From assembly GCA_033442325.1 (NCBI GenBank), contig JAWQFM010000002.1, positions 207,568 through 271,567 on the forward strand: a stretch of 64,000 nucleotides of DNA, given 5' to 3'. Within the stretch, counting starts at the first letter, position 1. Each line of letters starts with the position of its first letter. This document shows positions 1-12,925 of this stretch, piece by piece. The notes under the pieces were generated by a model, which was not told the DNA's origin, made no database searches, and saw only the letters and a program-made list of their open reading frames with translations. Source of the DNA: Salpingoeca rosetta. Its lineage: Eukaryota; Protista; Choanoflagellata. The translations under genes and the position numbers were made by a program.

Positions 1-926
1 GACCTGGAAAGAGCTGTGGGCAGAGGGGTTTTCGCGGGTTGAGGCGCGGTGGAACGACGTTGTTGAGCTTGATGAAGACGTGCTTTGGGTTGTGCACCTC
101 CTGCAGCTCACAATCTGCGCACAAGTCAAAGTCTGGGCAATTGGCGCACTGCAAGCACGCATTTGGACGAAAGGGCCGTTGCATGAGAGGCAGGGTGTGT
201 TCACCAATGAAACAGCACACACAGACACACCGACACAGGTAGGCAGACCAACAGATACACAGGTAGACAGACGATCAGACAGACACACGCACACACGTAC
301 ACAGACACAGACACAGACACAGACACAGACACAGACACAGACACAGACACACACACACACACGTACACAGACACAGACACACACACACACACCTTGTATC
401 TGATGCCTTTGATAGGTGTGGCTTTGCAGTGGTTACACGCGACACCACGATGCACAACGCCATCTATTCAACATAGGTGCAGGCAGGTGAGAAGGGTGGT
501 GGGTATACATGACAGACAAGGTGGTGGTGCTGTGTGAGGGTAAGTGGATGTGCGTCGTGCTTGCAGCTCGTACCGCGCAACGTCAAGTCCTCAGCGACAT
601 GAAAGACCATGGATAGCAGGTCTTCTTTTGATGCGTCCACCAGCGTCTGCTCCGAGAGCGTCAGTCATGGAACCAATGCAGGGTGTGAGGGTGCGCACTT
701 GTGTGCGGTGGCTGTTCGAGCCAAGAGGCGTGTCGATACACACGCAAACACAGACACAGACACAGCACAGAGACGCAGACGGAGACAAAGGTGCAGGGGA
801 ACGGAGACATGTGCACCCATGCTCTCACAGACACAGACACACACCTACACAGTGACACAGACACAGACACAGACACAGACACAGACACAGACACAGACAC
901 AGACAGAGACACAGACACAGACAGAG

Positions 927-974
<48 letters not shown>

Positions 975-1329
975 ACACTGACACACACACACACACACAC
1001 ACACTAATACAAACCACACAGACACGAAGAAGCATGAACATGTTGGTGGGTGTTTGTTTGTTCTTNNNNNNNNNNNNNNNNNNNNNNNNNNNNNNNNNNN
1101 NNNNNNNNNNNNNNNNNNNNNNNNNNNNNNNNNNNNNNNNNNNNNNNNNNNNNNNNNNNNNNNNNCGAAGGGTCGTGGCCAGCGAAGGGGGCAGCGAGGT
1201 CACAGAGTCCCAGATCACGGGCGCATACCTTCCCAGCACGTCCCGCACCACATAACCAACCACAAACCCACCAGCCACCACGAGCACAGTTGCTGTCCTT
1301 CCTCCCAGCATCGTCGTCGTCATCATCAT
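1..1329 (-). CDS. N-terminal membrane anchor + ZZ-type zinc finger protein (resembles fungal ZZ/EF-hand proteins); spliced, 3' end runs off the window, N-gap inside
   Basis: Exons read MMMTTTMLGGRTATVLVVAGGFVVGYVVRD (hydrophobic, ATG 1329), ...DASKEDLLSMVFHVAEDLTLR, VVHRGVACNHCKATPIKGIRYK|CANCPDFDLCADCELQEVHNPKHVFIKL (last exon 148->1). This gives a complete ZZ motif joined across a GT-AG intron. Confidence 0.8.
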
Positions 1330-1390
1330 TGTTCCCGTTTTCGCTGATTGACTGTCGCTCCTCCTCCTTCCCAACACACACGCACACAGC

Positions 1391-1522
<132 letters not shown>

Positions 1523-1567
1523 CATACACACGCACACACATACACACGCACACACAAGCAACCAGGC

Positions 1568-2282
1568 ATGGCAACGCACACCGTCATGGACGAGCGGACA
1601 AAGGTGTGCTCATGTGTGCGTGTGTGTGTGTGTGTGTGCGTGTGTGAAGGCACTGCTTCCCTCTGCACCCCTTGATGGCGTTGATTATCACCGTCGTAAC
1701 GTCTTGCTCCTCCGCACACGCATCCACCCACCACCATACAACATCCATCTTCTTGGCAGGCCGCGTTGAAGGTTGCGTATCAACAGGGCGTTGGTGGTGC
1801 AGAGGATGTTGACGTTGACTTTGGTGATGACGATCAGGTACCACCAGCAGCTGCGCACCCACTTTGTGTGGTATGCTCTGCGTGCACGATCCCCGCGTCG
1901 AGTCGCATGTGTGAAGTTCGCTCACCAGCGTGTGTTGTGTCCTCGTTTGGACTTTCACTCCCAGAACGTTGAACCGCTGTGGTTCGAGCAGCCTGTGCCC
2001 GACGATGAGACGGCCAGCGTCACAGCCCTTCGATACACATGCAAGGCCGGAGCAGGCGTGCTGCACGGTATGCAGATGCTTGAGCGCGCGCGTGTGTATG
2101 TGTTGTACATTGGGTTGCTTTGCGCTCGCTTCGCTCACATTTGGCGTGTGTGTGTGCAGTCCTGGATACGGTGGGTGAGTGGCTCGCAGCGTTCTTCGGC
2201 ATTACAACACCGCGGTACCAGTATGTGTTGGACGATCTCATCGCACGCCAACGCGAGGTAGAGCGTGCGTGAACTCTCTGTG

Positions 2283-2356
<74 letters not shown>

Positions 2357-2370
2357 CGCGTGTGTGTGTG

Positions 2371-2402
<32 letters not shown>

Positions 2403-3555
2403 TGCGTGTGTGTCTTGGTACCTCGCGTTCTGCCTGTCTGTGTCCATGGGTGTGCCTTCCACACGAGGCAGGCCTGCACTCTTGTCCTCACTTCTTCAAC
2501 GCCACGTTTTTTTGTGATGGCTGGATAATTCTGATCGTTCCCTTTATCCGTTGGACCTATCTGTTTCTGTCATGTTATACTTAGTGTGCGACTTGATTAT
2601 GNNNNNNNNNNNNNNNNNNNNNNNNNNNNNNNNNNNNNNNNNNNNNNNNNNNNNNNNNNNNNNNNNNNNNNNNNNNNNNNNNNNNNNNNNNNNNNNNNNN
2701 NNNNNNNNNNNNNNNNNNNNNNNNNNNNNNNNNNNNNNNNNNNNNNNNNNNNNNNNNNNNNNNNNNNNNNNNNNNNNNNNNNNNNNNNNNNNNNNNNNNN
2801 NNNNNNNNNNNNNNNNNNNNNNNNNNNNNNNNNNNNNNNNNNNNNNNNNNNNNNNNNNNNNNNNNNNNNNNNNNNNNNNNNNNNNNNNNNNNNNNNNNNN
2901 NNNNNNNNNNNNNNNNNNNNNNNNNNNNNNNNNNNNNNNNNNNNNNNNNNNNNNNNNNNNNNNNNNNNNNNNNNNNNNNNNNNNNNNNNNNNNNNNNNNN
3001 NNNNNNNNNNNNNNNNNNNNNNNNNNNNNNNNNNNNNNNNNNNNNNNNNNNNNNNNNNNNNNNNNNNNNNNNNNNNNNNNNNNNNNNNNNNNNNNNNNNN
3101 NNNNNNNNNNNNNNNNNNNNNNNNNNNNNNNNNNNNNNNNNNNNNNNNNNNNNNNNNNNNNNNNNNNNNNNNNNNNNNNNNNNNNNNNNNNNNNNNNNNN
3201 NNNNNNNNNNNNNNNNNNNNNNNNNNNNNNNNNNNNNNNNNNNNNNNNNNNNNNNNNNNNNNNNNNNNNNNNNNNNNNNNNNNNNNNNNNNNNNNNNNNN
3301 NNNNNNNNNNNNNNNNNNNNNNNNNNNNNNNNNNNCGGTGAAAGGAGTCCAGTTTTCACATCCCACGCCACGCGCTTGGCAGACGGACGAGCTATTGCAC
3401 TCACAGAGAAACAAATAGTGACACTCAGATTGAGACAAAAGAAAAAAAAAATATCACACTCACACACTCACTGAGAACACACACACACACAAGCACACAC
3501 ACACACACACACAGACACACACACAGACACAGACACATACACAGACACAGACACA

Positions 3556-3594
<39 letters not shown>

Positions 3595-3613
3595 AGACAC
3601 AGACACAGACACA

Positions 3614-3672
<59 letters not shown>

Positions 3673-3820
3673 CCCAGCGGCGGCAGCCTCACCGCTTGCT
3701 GAGCGGGATGGACGAGGTGGAGGTGAGCGAGACGCGGGCGATGGTGGCCATAGCGAACGACAGCAGGATACAGAACAGCAGACAGTTGTTGTTGTTGGCG
3801 TCGCAAGAGCAACAGCATAA
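1568..3820 (+). CDS. FAM177: FAM177-family protein (spliced; last exon after the N-gap is tentative)
   Basis: Small GT-AG exons give [12 protein letters not shown]|ALLPSAP...|...[10 protein letters not shown]...GVLH|[33 protein letters not shown] (2160-2257), matching the FAM177 core DxLGExLAxFxGITxxKYQYAIDEY. A possible last exon at 3678-3820 ends in TAA. Confidence 0.7.
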
Positions 3821-3847
3821 ATTGCACAGCACATATCGTCTCACGAG

Positions 3848-6678
3848 ATGACTGAGCGCCGTGGTGGTGGTGGTGGTGGTGGTGGTCGACACGTGCCTGG
3901 GGGCATGGATGACTACGAGGAGATGCTGGCTGCGTACCAGCGCGGAGAGCTGGAGCCAACGGCGGCACGAGTGACGCGCGCACGACCACGCGATGCAGGT
4001 CATGAGACACAGCGCCCAACAGCGCCCCCTCGTGATACAACAGGTGCAGATGCAGCAAATTCCGCTGCGATTCGTGATGACGAGCGGAAGGGGCACGATG
4101 GTGACAGTGGTGGTGACAGTGGTGGTGGTGTGCATGTGCCGCCGATTGAGTCGCCAGCATCCCAGCCGCTAAGTGGCCAGGTTGTGGAACGCAAGGGTGG
4201 GCGCAGCTTTGGCCTGTCAGAGCACGGCAGGCTCAACGCTGCTTCCGTGCAGCAAGAGGAAGCGCTGCAGCGGCTTTCCGGGCGCATGACCGGCAAGGAC
4301 CGGCCTCGCAAAGGGAAGAGCCTGTTCGCCGCGCAGTTTGACGCCACCTTCGGGGCCCCACAGCCAAAACAACAGCAGCAGCAGCAGCAACAGCAGCAAC
4401 AGCAGCAACAGCACAGGGGATCACAGGCTGCTCGGCTACCGACAAGAGCGGCAGTGGCAAGTGCTCGCGCTGCAATGCCACAGCCGCTCGCTGGCGCTGC
4501 CACGGACACTTTGCATCGCGTTGAAAGTGTGTACTTTTGTTGGTGCCACTGCATGGCGCCGTGTTCTTGTTTTTTTTTGTGTGTGCGTGCATGCGTGCGT
4601 GCGTGCGTGCGTGCATGCGTGCGTGTGAGTGTGCATGCGTGTGTGTGTGTGTGCGTGTGTGTGCATGCGTGTGTGCATGCGTGCGTGTGTGTGTGTGTGC
4701 GTGTGTGTGCATCCGTGTGTGTGTGTGGTGTCCAAGCTGAACTCACCGTTTGTGTTCCCAAGCCGAATCTCGTGTGCGTATGCGTGAACAATGTGTACGA
4801 CGCTCACGCGTGCGTGCACTTGGTGTGCTGTTGCCAGACATGACACCTGAGCAGCGCGCCGAAGCGCTGGCGGAGGTGCAATCCTTGCTGGGTCCAGAGG
4901 TGTTTGCGATGATGCAGAGCAGAGTGAAACGAAAGCTGCAAAGCCAAGGCAAGCTTCCCTCCAGCAGCACCACCCACTCAACAGCAGCAGCAGCAGCAAC
5001 AACAGAAGCAGTAACAGCAGCCGGTGCAGGCGACTCTACCCGCAGTACTGAAGGGACGATGGCCGATGATAAGCAAGAGGATGAGCCTGTGCCTTCCACC
5101 TCTTCGCCCGGTGATGGGCACGACAGCGGCAATGCAGCTGAGCAGCAGCTGCTGGCGCAAGGAACCCGCTCTTCAGCCAGCCCCACCCAGCCAGCAACAG
5201 GTACAACAGCAACGGCAACAACGACAGCAACAGCGACATCGACAGCGACAGGAGCAAAGCAGCAGCTTGTGTCAAGCGAAGGCGGGGAAATCGGGGAGGA
5301 CGTGCTGGCGCGGCTGCCGTTCACACCTGAGGCCACGTGGGTCAACATGAATGTGGTGGAGACGGAAAAGCTGCAGTGGATGATGGGCGACCTTGGCGAC
5401 GCCGACGACGATGATGGCGATGCACAGCAGCAGGTGTGTTGAGCTGTCCGTTGCTTGTAGCTGCATACATGGGTTGCATGTGTGCAAATGCGTGCACGCA
5501 TTCGTGCTCGTGTGTTGTGCGTGTGTTGTTTTGCGTATGAGTGAGGTGTAGCGACATGCATTTGCACGGCGGTGGCAGTGGTGCCTTTGCAAGCTCTCGG
5601 CCACCACCCAGTGATGGGTCATGCACACCGTACCACCACAACACCAACACCACCACAACACCAACTATAACACCAACACCAACTATAACACCAACACCAC
5701 CACAACACCAACTATAACACCAACACCACCACAACACCAACACCACCACAACACCAACACGAACGTCATCACCAACATCAACATCAACACCAACACCACG
5801 ACAACACCAACACCACCACAACACCAACACCAACATCATCACCAACACCAACACCAACACCATCACTAACACCAATAACAACGCCACGACGGACTGCAGG
5901 TGCGGTTTGACTTTAGCGGCGCTGTTGTTCCCTCGGGTGCAGATGTGTCCACGAAGACAGGGCTGTACCACCACGGCCGCGCTCCAAGCAAACCAGGATA
6001 CACGCTTGCAGGTGCGTAGGAGTGGTGGTGGTGGTGGTGGCAGTCGTGACTGCCGCGTGTGTTTGTGCTTGTGTGCTGTTGGCCGCATTCCACTGTTCAC
6101 GTCCATCACGAACCCCCCCTCCCCTCTCGTGTCCGGTGCACGACCACTGTTTGGCAGAGCTCTTGGAGATGGTGCGTAGCAGTGTTCCTGCACAGCGCGT
6201 TGTCGGCTTGAGGACCCTGAATCGCATCATCGCAAGGTATCGACAAATGCTTTCATGCGCATATGAGCAGCAGCAGTGTCATTACACCCCAACAGCCTGT
6301 GTGCAGTACACACACACACACACACACACACTCACACACTCACTCACTCACTCACATGCACGCACACACATACACACACACACACATACGCTCCCCTCTG
6401 CAGGGCGATGAACGGGGAGTATTCGGATCGCACGTCCACCTCGCATGACAGCAGCACCATTCTAAATGCGCTGGTCCAGATGGGCATCACACTTTTCTTG
6501 CGTAAAGCCTTGGATGAGGACAGCGTGTCCATCTGCACACTTGCTGCTCAGGTGCATGGCTCGTTGGTGTTGCGCAACTGCACAATGCGCAATGCGCTTG
6601 TGTTTTGGGATAGTGGAGAATGCGCTGGGTGGTGGTTGTGGTTGCAGTATTGCACTGCCATGGCATAACGTGTGTCAG

Positions 6679-6760
<82 letters not shown>

Positions 6761-8742
6761 ACACACACCCTCACACACGCACACACATGCACACTCACAT
6801 GCGCACTCACATGCTCCCGCTTCCCTTGATCTTGGACATTCTTCCCCCGCTGCTCAGGGCATTTCGCGGCTGTTGAGTGCGCGTGCACACGACCAGCTGC
6901 TGAACGTGAGCGCATCGTCACCACTCGCACATGTGCGCGTTCCCCTTCGTCCCGCGCACCGCCCACTCGGCGATAGCAGCAGTGATGAGGGTGATGATGA
7001 GGGTGATGATGGTGATGGTGATAGCGTGGAAGGTGGTGATGGCAAGAAGGCGACAGGCGGTGCATTGGGTGAAGCGGAAACGGACGAGGAAGACATTGGC
7101 GACGATGATGACGACGAGCAGTACGGTGTTGGTGCAGCGCGCAGTAGCAGCAGCAGTGACGGTGCTGGTGTTGATGCGCGCTTGAGTGCACGTGGGCAGC
7201 GTCGTCTCGTCCGATGGGCGGGGCGGGATCTCTGCCGCGCACTCCGGGATATGGACGTCTTGCTCCGCCTCAGATACATCATCGAGGCGAGGCACTCTGT
7301 GTGCTTGCGTGTGCTTGCTCGTGTGCGGATGCAACTAAATGAATGTGTGTGTGTGTGTGTGTGTGTGTGTGTTCGCATGTGTGACAGATGCCCCGTTTCC
7401 CCCTTTCTCAGACATTCACCGCCACTGTGCCATGTCCATTCTACCCTGCGTCCACGGCATGCAACAGGTTGCGCAAGTGCCCGCTGCGTTTGATCCTGCA
7501 TTGACGATTGCCATTCGAATTGCGCGGCACTCATCTCGCAGGTGAGGTGGTGCTGGGATGCACACACGCGCGTGCGTGTGTATGTGTGTATGTGTGTATG
7601 TGTATGTGTGTATGTGTGTATGTGTACGTGTGTACGTGTACGTGTGTGTACGTGTGTGTACGTGTGTATGTGTGAAGACGATTGTGGCAGTGTGCTTCCC
7701 CTGATTGTCGTCTCACATCAACAACAACCACCACCGCCACCACCGCCACCACCACCACCACCACCACCACCACAACTACAACAATCACCATCATCATTAT
7801 CACCACGACCTTGACCTCATAACCATAATCCCTTCAATCACCTTCAACAACCACCGCCATCAATACCAACCCACCATCAACCATCAACCCCCCACCCCCA
7901 CTTCAACCACCGCTGGTCAGTGCCCTGCACGTGGTGGAGACACCACGTCTCGTCGCTGCCGTCATCCGCATGTTCGTCCGCCACGAGCAAGCCGCCTTTG
8001 AGACGCAGGAGGCAGCAGCGGCAGCAGCAGCGTGCCACGCCAAGGTTGGTGTGCAGCAGACGCTGCTGACACATCGTAATGATGGTGGTTATGATGGTGG
8101 TGGTGGGAACGAGTGGTGCTCATACTCAATGTATCGACATGTGAGAGCACCAGTATCTTCACCTTGCCACACACACACGTAACACACGAAACACATGAAA
8201 CACATGAACACATACACACAAATACACACACACACACACACACACACACAAATACACACACATGTGCACTGGTGCAGGCGATTGTGCTGCTTCGCGTGTT
8301 GTGTGAGGGGAGCAGAGCAACAGCAAGGCAGCTGCAGCCGACGCTGCTTGACGAGCAGGTTGCATCGGCTGTCCTGGGCCACATCTCAAACCACCACTCG
8401 CGACGCGAGCTCCTGCGCACCCTGGCCGTCTACATGAGGTGCAGAGGGAGACTACACCTTTGCATACACACAGTCACACAGCGAGACAGGCAGACACAGA
8501 CGGACAGACAAACACAGAAACCGACAACCAGACAACACAACACACACGCGCCCCCCTGCGTGTCACTTGGAGCGTGCCTGCATGCCCATGACGTACCTGT
8601 TTCCTCATATACTGCCTGCCTGTTGGTTTTGCGTGTGGACGACAGGTACGGGCTAGGCGCACACATTCTCACCGACCACTTCACCGCACTCCTGCAGCTC
8701 CTGAGCCAGTGCTTTGCTGAGAAGGTCAGCAGTAACACCACC

Positions 8743-8830
<88 letters not shown>

Positions 8831-9777
8831 CACGCACGCACGCACGCACACAAGCGTGCTGTGTCACTTCCTTCAACCACACGTCGTTCGTACGACCCTC
8901 CTCACCACTCGACCCCCTTCTCCTTTCGCTGCAGGCATATGACGACTGTGTTGCGATCCTGCAATCTGTTGCCGCTGCCACTTGCATCGCCAGCACAGCA
9001 GACACCACACGCGACGTCCACAGCGCCGTGCACTGGTCAGCTGTTATCCCCTTTGTTGAGTCTGCAATGACCATCGCATCCTCCCTCCTGCACGCGCCTG
9101 CCGGTGGTGGTGGTCGCGAAGGCAGTGATAGCAAAGGCAACGATGATGGTGGAGAGGGTGGCAGTGGTGGTGGCATCAACGTGCATGAGAGTGGCGATGA
9201 CAGCGTGAAGTGCGGGACGAGCAGCACCGCATCAGAGCATGTGGATGACAACGACGAAGACGGCCAGTTGCTGTTGTTGGCGGCGTGCTGTGGCGTGCTG
9301 ACGTCCTATCTGGACTATGGCGCCACGTCGCTGGCGTCCGGCGCGCAGTCGTCACTGGACAGCGTGTCTACCTCTGTCCTGCACCCGCTGCTGTCCTCTC
9401 CGCTGCTTCCGCGCGCCGTCGATGCCATTTGCGCAAGCGTGGACCTCTCCGAAGCGAGTGCGCACTCCATGACCTTCCATCCCATCGCCCTCACGCCTGC
9501 GGCGTTTCATCATGCTCGCCGCCTGATCGCGTCATGCTCCCTCCTGCGTGCAGCTGCCGCCCTCGTCGCTGCGCTCACCAGTATCAACAGGTATACACAC
9601 ACACACACATACAGGCATGGTTAAGTGACACTGGGTGCCTGTGCATGTGTGTGTGTGTGTTGATTCTCTTCTTGTTTTGTGCAACCACAATTCTGTTTGG
9701 TGCGTGATTTGCGCCTTATTTGACCACCACCACCACACCACGTCTGACATGCAACTCAACCACTCTCTGCTCCGACC

Positions 9778-9871
<94 letters not shown>

Positions 9872-11674
9872 CCACCACCACCACCACCACCACCACCACC
9901 ACCACCACCACCACCACCATGGCCACCCTGTAGGGCGGCGTGTGCGGAGTGTCCGTTGTTTCTTCTGTCGCTGCCTCGACTGCTGGCTGTGGGCACAACG
10001 CTGCGACCAAAGGCATTGCAGCTGCACCTCATCCACCGCCACTTCACGGACGCCGTGGAGCTGTGTCTGCATGCAAGCACCCAGAACGACTGGCTGGGCA
10101 CCGTGCAGTGCCAGCCGCACCACCTGCTTGCCCTCCTCACCCAGTTCACGCCCGGGCAGGAGCAGCAGGTACGCCGCTTCCTGCTTGGCGCCGTTGTTCC
10201 CGTGTGCAGCGCCCCCGGCCCTGTGATCAGCAGCATCACAGCTGCGCTCGAGGCATCCGTGCTCCACCCGTCCCGCCTGCAATGGTCGTCGTCGGCTCTC
10301 GGGCTGGCAGCCGACACACGCACGTGCATGGTGGCACCACGCATGTCCCACGACGCCACTGTGTACGCCCACAGTTGTGTGCAGTGGTGTATGTGTGTGT
10401 GTGCGTGTGTGTGTGTGTTTATGTTTCTGTTGTTGCGACCATGACACTTGGACGTGCTGTCCGTGTGTGTATGTGTGTGTGTCCGTGCGTGTGTGTGTAC
10501 ACGTGTGTGTGTGTGTGTACACGTGTGTGTGTGTGTGTGTACACGTGTGTGTGTGCATTGATGTGGTGTACACGTGTGTGTGTGCGTGCATTGATGTGTG
10601 TGTGTGATATTGCGGGGTCGATCGCGCGTGTTTTTCCTGCAGTTGAGTACATGTTGCAGGGTTGTGTATTGACCTTTTGCTACTTCTGTCATGGTCGGTA
10701 TTTGTCTTGACAGCCTTCCTGTTCGAAGCGACTGGATGTACTGGCCGCTGCTGTCCTCCGTGGAGGTCCTTCGCCAGGTTCCAGACATGGACACCGCCGA
10801 TGACGGCGCACTTGCGCCAATCAGAAACGACATGCTCCTCTCCCTCACTTTCATCCACACCCTAACGCAAGCCGTGGTGCGTGCGTGAGTGACTGTGTGC
10901 TTGTGCGTGTGATTGGGGGTGCGTGTTTGTGTTTGTATTAGTGCGTGTGTGCGTGTTTTCCCCTGTATTTGCACCTGTGCCTGCGTACTTTCTTGTTCAC
11001 TCACCGCCAGCTCTCAACCCGCCACCACCCCCCCCCCAACAAATATCCGCAGCCGGAGTACATGACGACGCGTGTGTCTGCCAGCCGTCGCCTATCGTCG
11101 CTGCTCCGTGTCCTGTGCTGCCCGGGACAGCTGTATCTCTTCAAGGACATTGCAAAGGTGACACACAGCCCTCAGCAGCCGGGCTTTGCCTGCATTGGTG
11201 CTCGTTTGTGTCGTTTGAGGTGATTCATGCTGACATGTTGGTGCTGGAGTGTCCACATATGCCCCTAAACCCCCCCCCCCCCCAACCGCACCTCAACCAT
11301 TTCCCTCTCTGCTCCATGCAGGCGATGACCGAAGCGCTTGCTGATATCCGAGGCTGTTCTGCTGCTGCGAATGCAGCCTTTGCTGTCGGCAGCCGTGCGG
11401 AGGTGTCTGTGCTGACGCAGGTGTATGTGGATGTGCTTGAGGAGTTTGTCACGGCGTCGTACGGCAGCGAGGTGGTGAGCCTTGCGCTCATCAAAGGGTT
11501 TGCCCGCGGCTTCCCCGCTGCCCTCACCTCCCACTGCCTCGGCAACGACCGTTTTCCGGACATGTGCGAAGTGTTGCAGTCGACAATGGCTGCAGATGCC
11601 CTCGCCTACCTGGTGTGTGTTTATGTATGTGGTGTACTTGCATTGTGTTGTTGTGTGCTTATATTGTTTTGTGG

Positions 11675-11721
<47 letters not shown>

Positions 11722-12871
11722 GTGTGTGTCGAGCTGAATGATGACTTTCGCGGTGCTGTGCAAATGCTTGCATTGTGGTGTTCCTTTTTGTTGTACATCC
11801 CCACGTTCTGTACGGTACCCATGCCTTATCTTCCACCTCCACACCTCCACATGCGGCTCACATCCTCGCCCTGCTCTCGACAGCTACCGCTGCACACTGA
11901 TCGGCAAGTCCTGGACCTCTTCATCACCAGCCTCCACCTTCGCCAGGTATGCGGAAATGTGGCGCATGTGCGTGGTGCAACGCACAGAAGGCGTGGTGTA
12001 GCGCACAGCGGACACACACACACACACAGGCACGTCTCACCATGCCCGTGTCTGTTTTGATGTTTGTGGTTCTTCTCACCCTGAACTTGCGTGTCTGCTC
12101 TTGCGCGTGTGTATGGCTGCAGTTTGAGAAGGATGCGTTTGTGTATCGGCTGAGTGTGCATCACACGGCCGGTTTCCTCTTTGCCGACTTTGGGGAGCAT
12201 TCTGCAGAAGCGCAAAACGTGTTCAAGGTGAGTGTGCGTATGTGTACATGCGTGCGTGTGTGGTTTGTTTGATTGGTTGGTGTCGCCTTTTACCTTCTCT
12301 CTCTCTCTCTCACATACACACAACCACGCAAACACACACACACATACACACACTCGAACACACACAAAACACACACATACACACACTCGAACACACACAA
12401 AACACACACACACACGCAAACACACACACAACCACACACACACAACCACGCAAACACACACACATACACACACTCGAACACACACAAAACACACACACAC
12501 ACGCAAACACACACTCGAACACACACAAAACACACGCAAACACACGCAAACACACACACATACACACACAAAAACACACGCACACACGCAAACACACATG
12601 CACGACACCCCACACAACACCACAGAGCGACAAACACGCTGACCGCCATCGACGGCACGCGATTCGACGCATGGTCATGGCCATGCCCGACGATGTGTTG
12701 GGCGATGTGCTGCGCTACACAGCGGAGTACGTGACTGCCCGCTACGTTGTGTTTCCCTTGGAAGGTTCCATTCCACCCACACGCCTCACCGCCCTCAACT
12801 CGCTCCCACACCAGGACGAGCAGTACCGCGCCGCGCTCGCGCACAAGCGCCTACACGGAAAATCACATTAA
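3848..12871 (+). CDS. RPAP1: RNA polymerase II-associated protein 1 (RPAP1/Rba50), multi-exon
   Basis: RPAP1_N-like [28 protein letters not shown]; [15 protein letters not shown]; RPAP1_C-like VRFDFSG...[18 protein letters not shown]|[25 protein letters not shown]; C-terminal [12 protein letters not shown] and [11 protein letters not shown]; stop TAA 12869-12871. Confidence 0.9.
5633..5880. repeat. Imperfect CAC/CAA-rich tandem repeat (caccacaacaccaac / caccaactataa units) in an RPAP1 intron
   Basis: Repeated units are directly visible between the donor at about 5434 and the acceptor at 5899. Confidence 0.8.
9778..9918. repeat. Compound (CAA)n(CCA)n trinucleotide microsatellite, intronic
   Basis: Directly visible; ends just before the acceptor ctgtag at about 9933. 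Confidence 0.9.
12310..12600. repeat. CA-derived higher-order minisatellite (cacacatacacacactcgaacacacacaaaa-like unit, about 4 copies) in the last RPAP1 intron
   Basis: The core actcgaacacacacaaaa recurs four times. Confidence 0.75.
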
Positions 12872-12925
12872 ATCATTCGCAAATCGTCAGTAACGGAGTC
12901 AGGCAGGACCAGCAGCCGAGCAAGG

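Noticed and set aside
2041-2159. Possible GC-AG intron in FAM177 (ACAT|gcaagg)
   Set aside because: A canonical GT donor of the same phase at 2068 (CAC G|gtatgc) gives a product that fits the family better.
5633-12600. Spaced repeats in RPAP1 introns resembling a CRISPR array
   Set aside because: The units are low-complexity CA derivatives with no unique spacers, there are no cas genes, and the context is eukaryotic introns.
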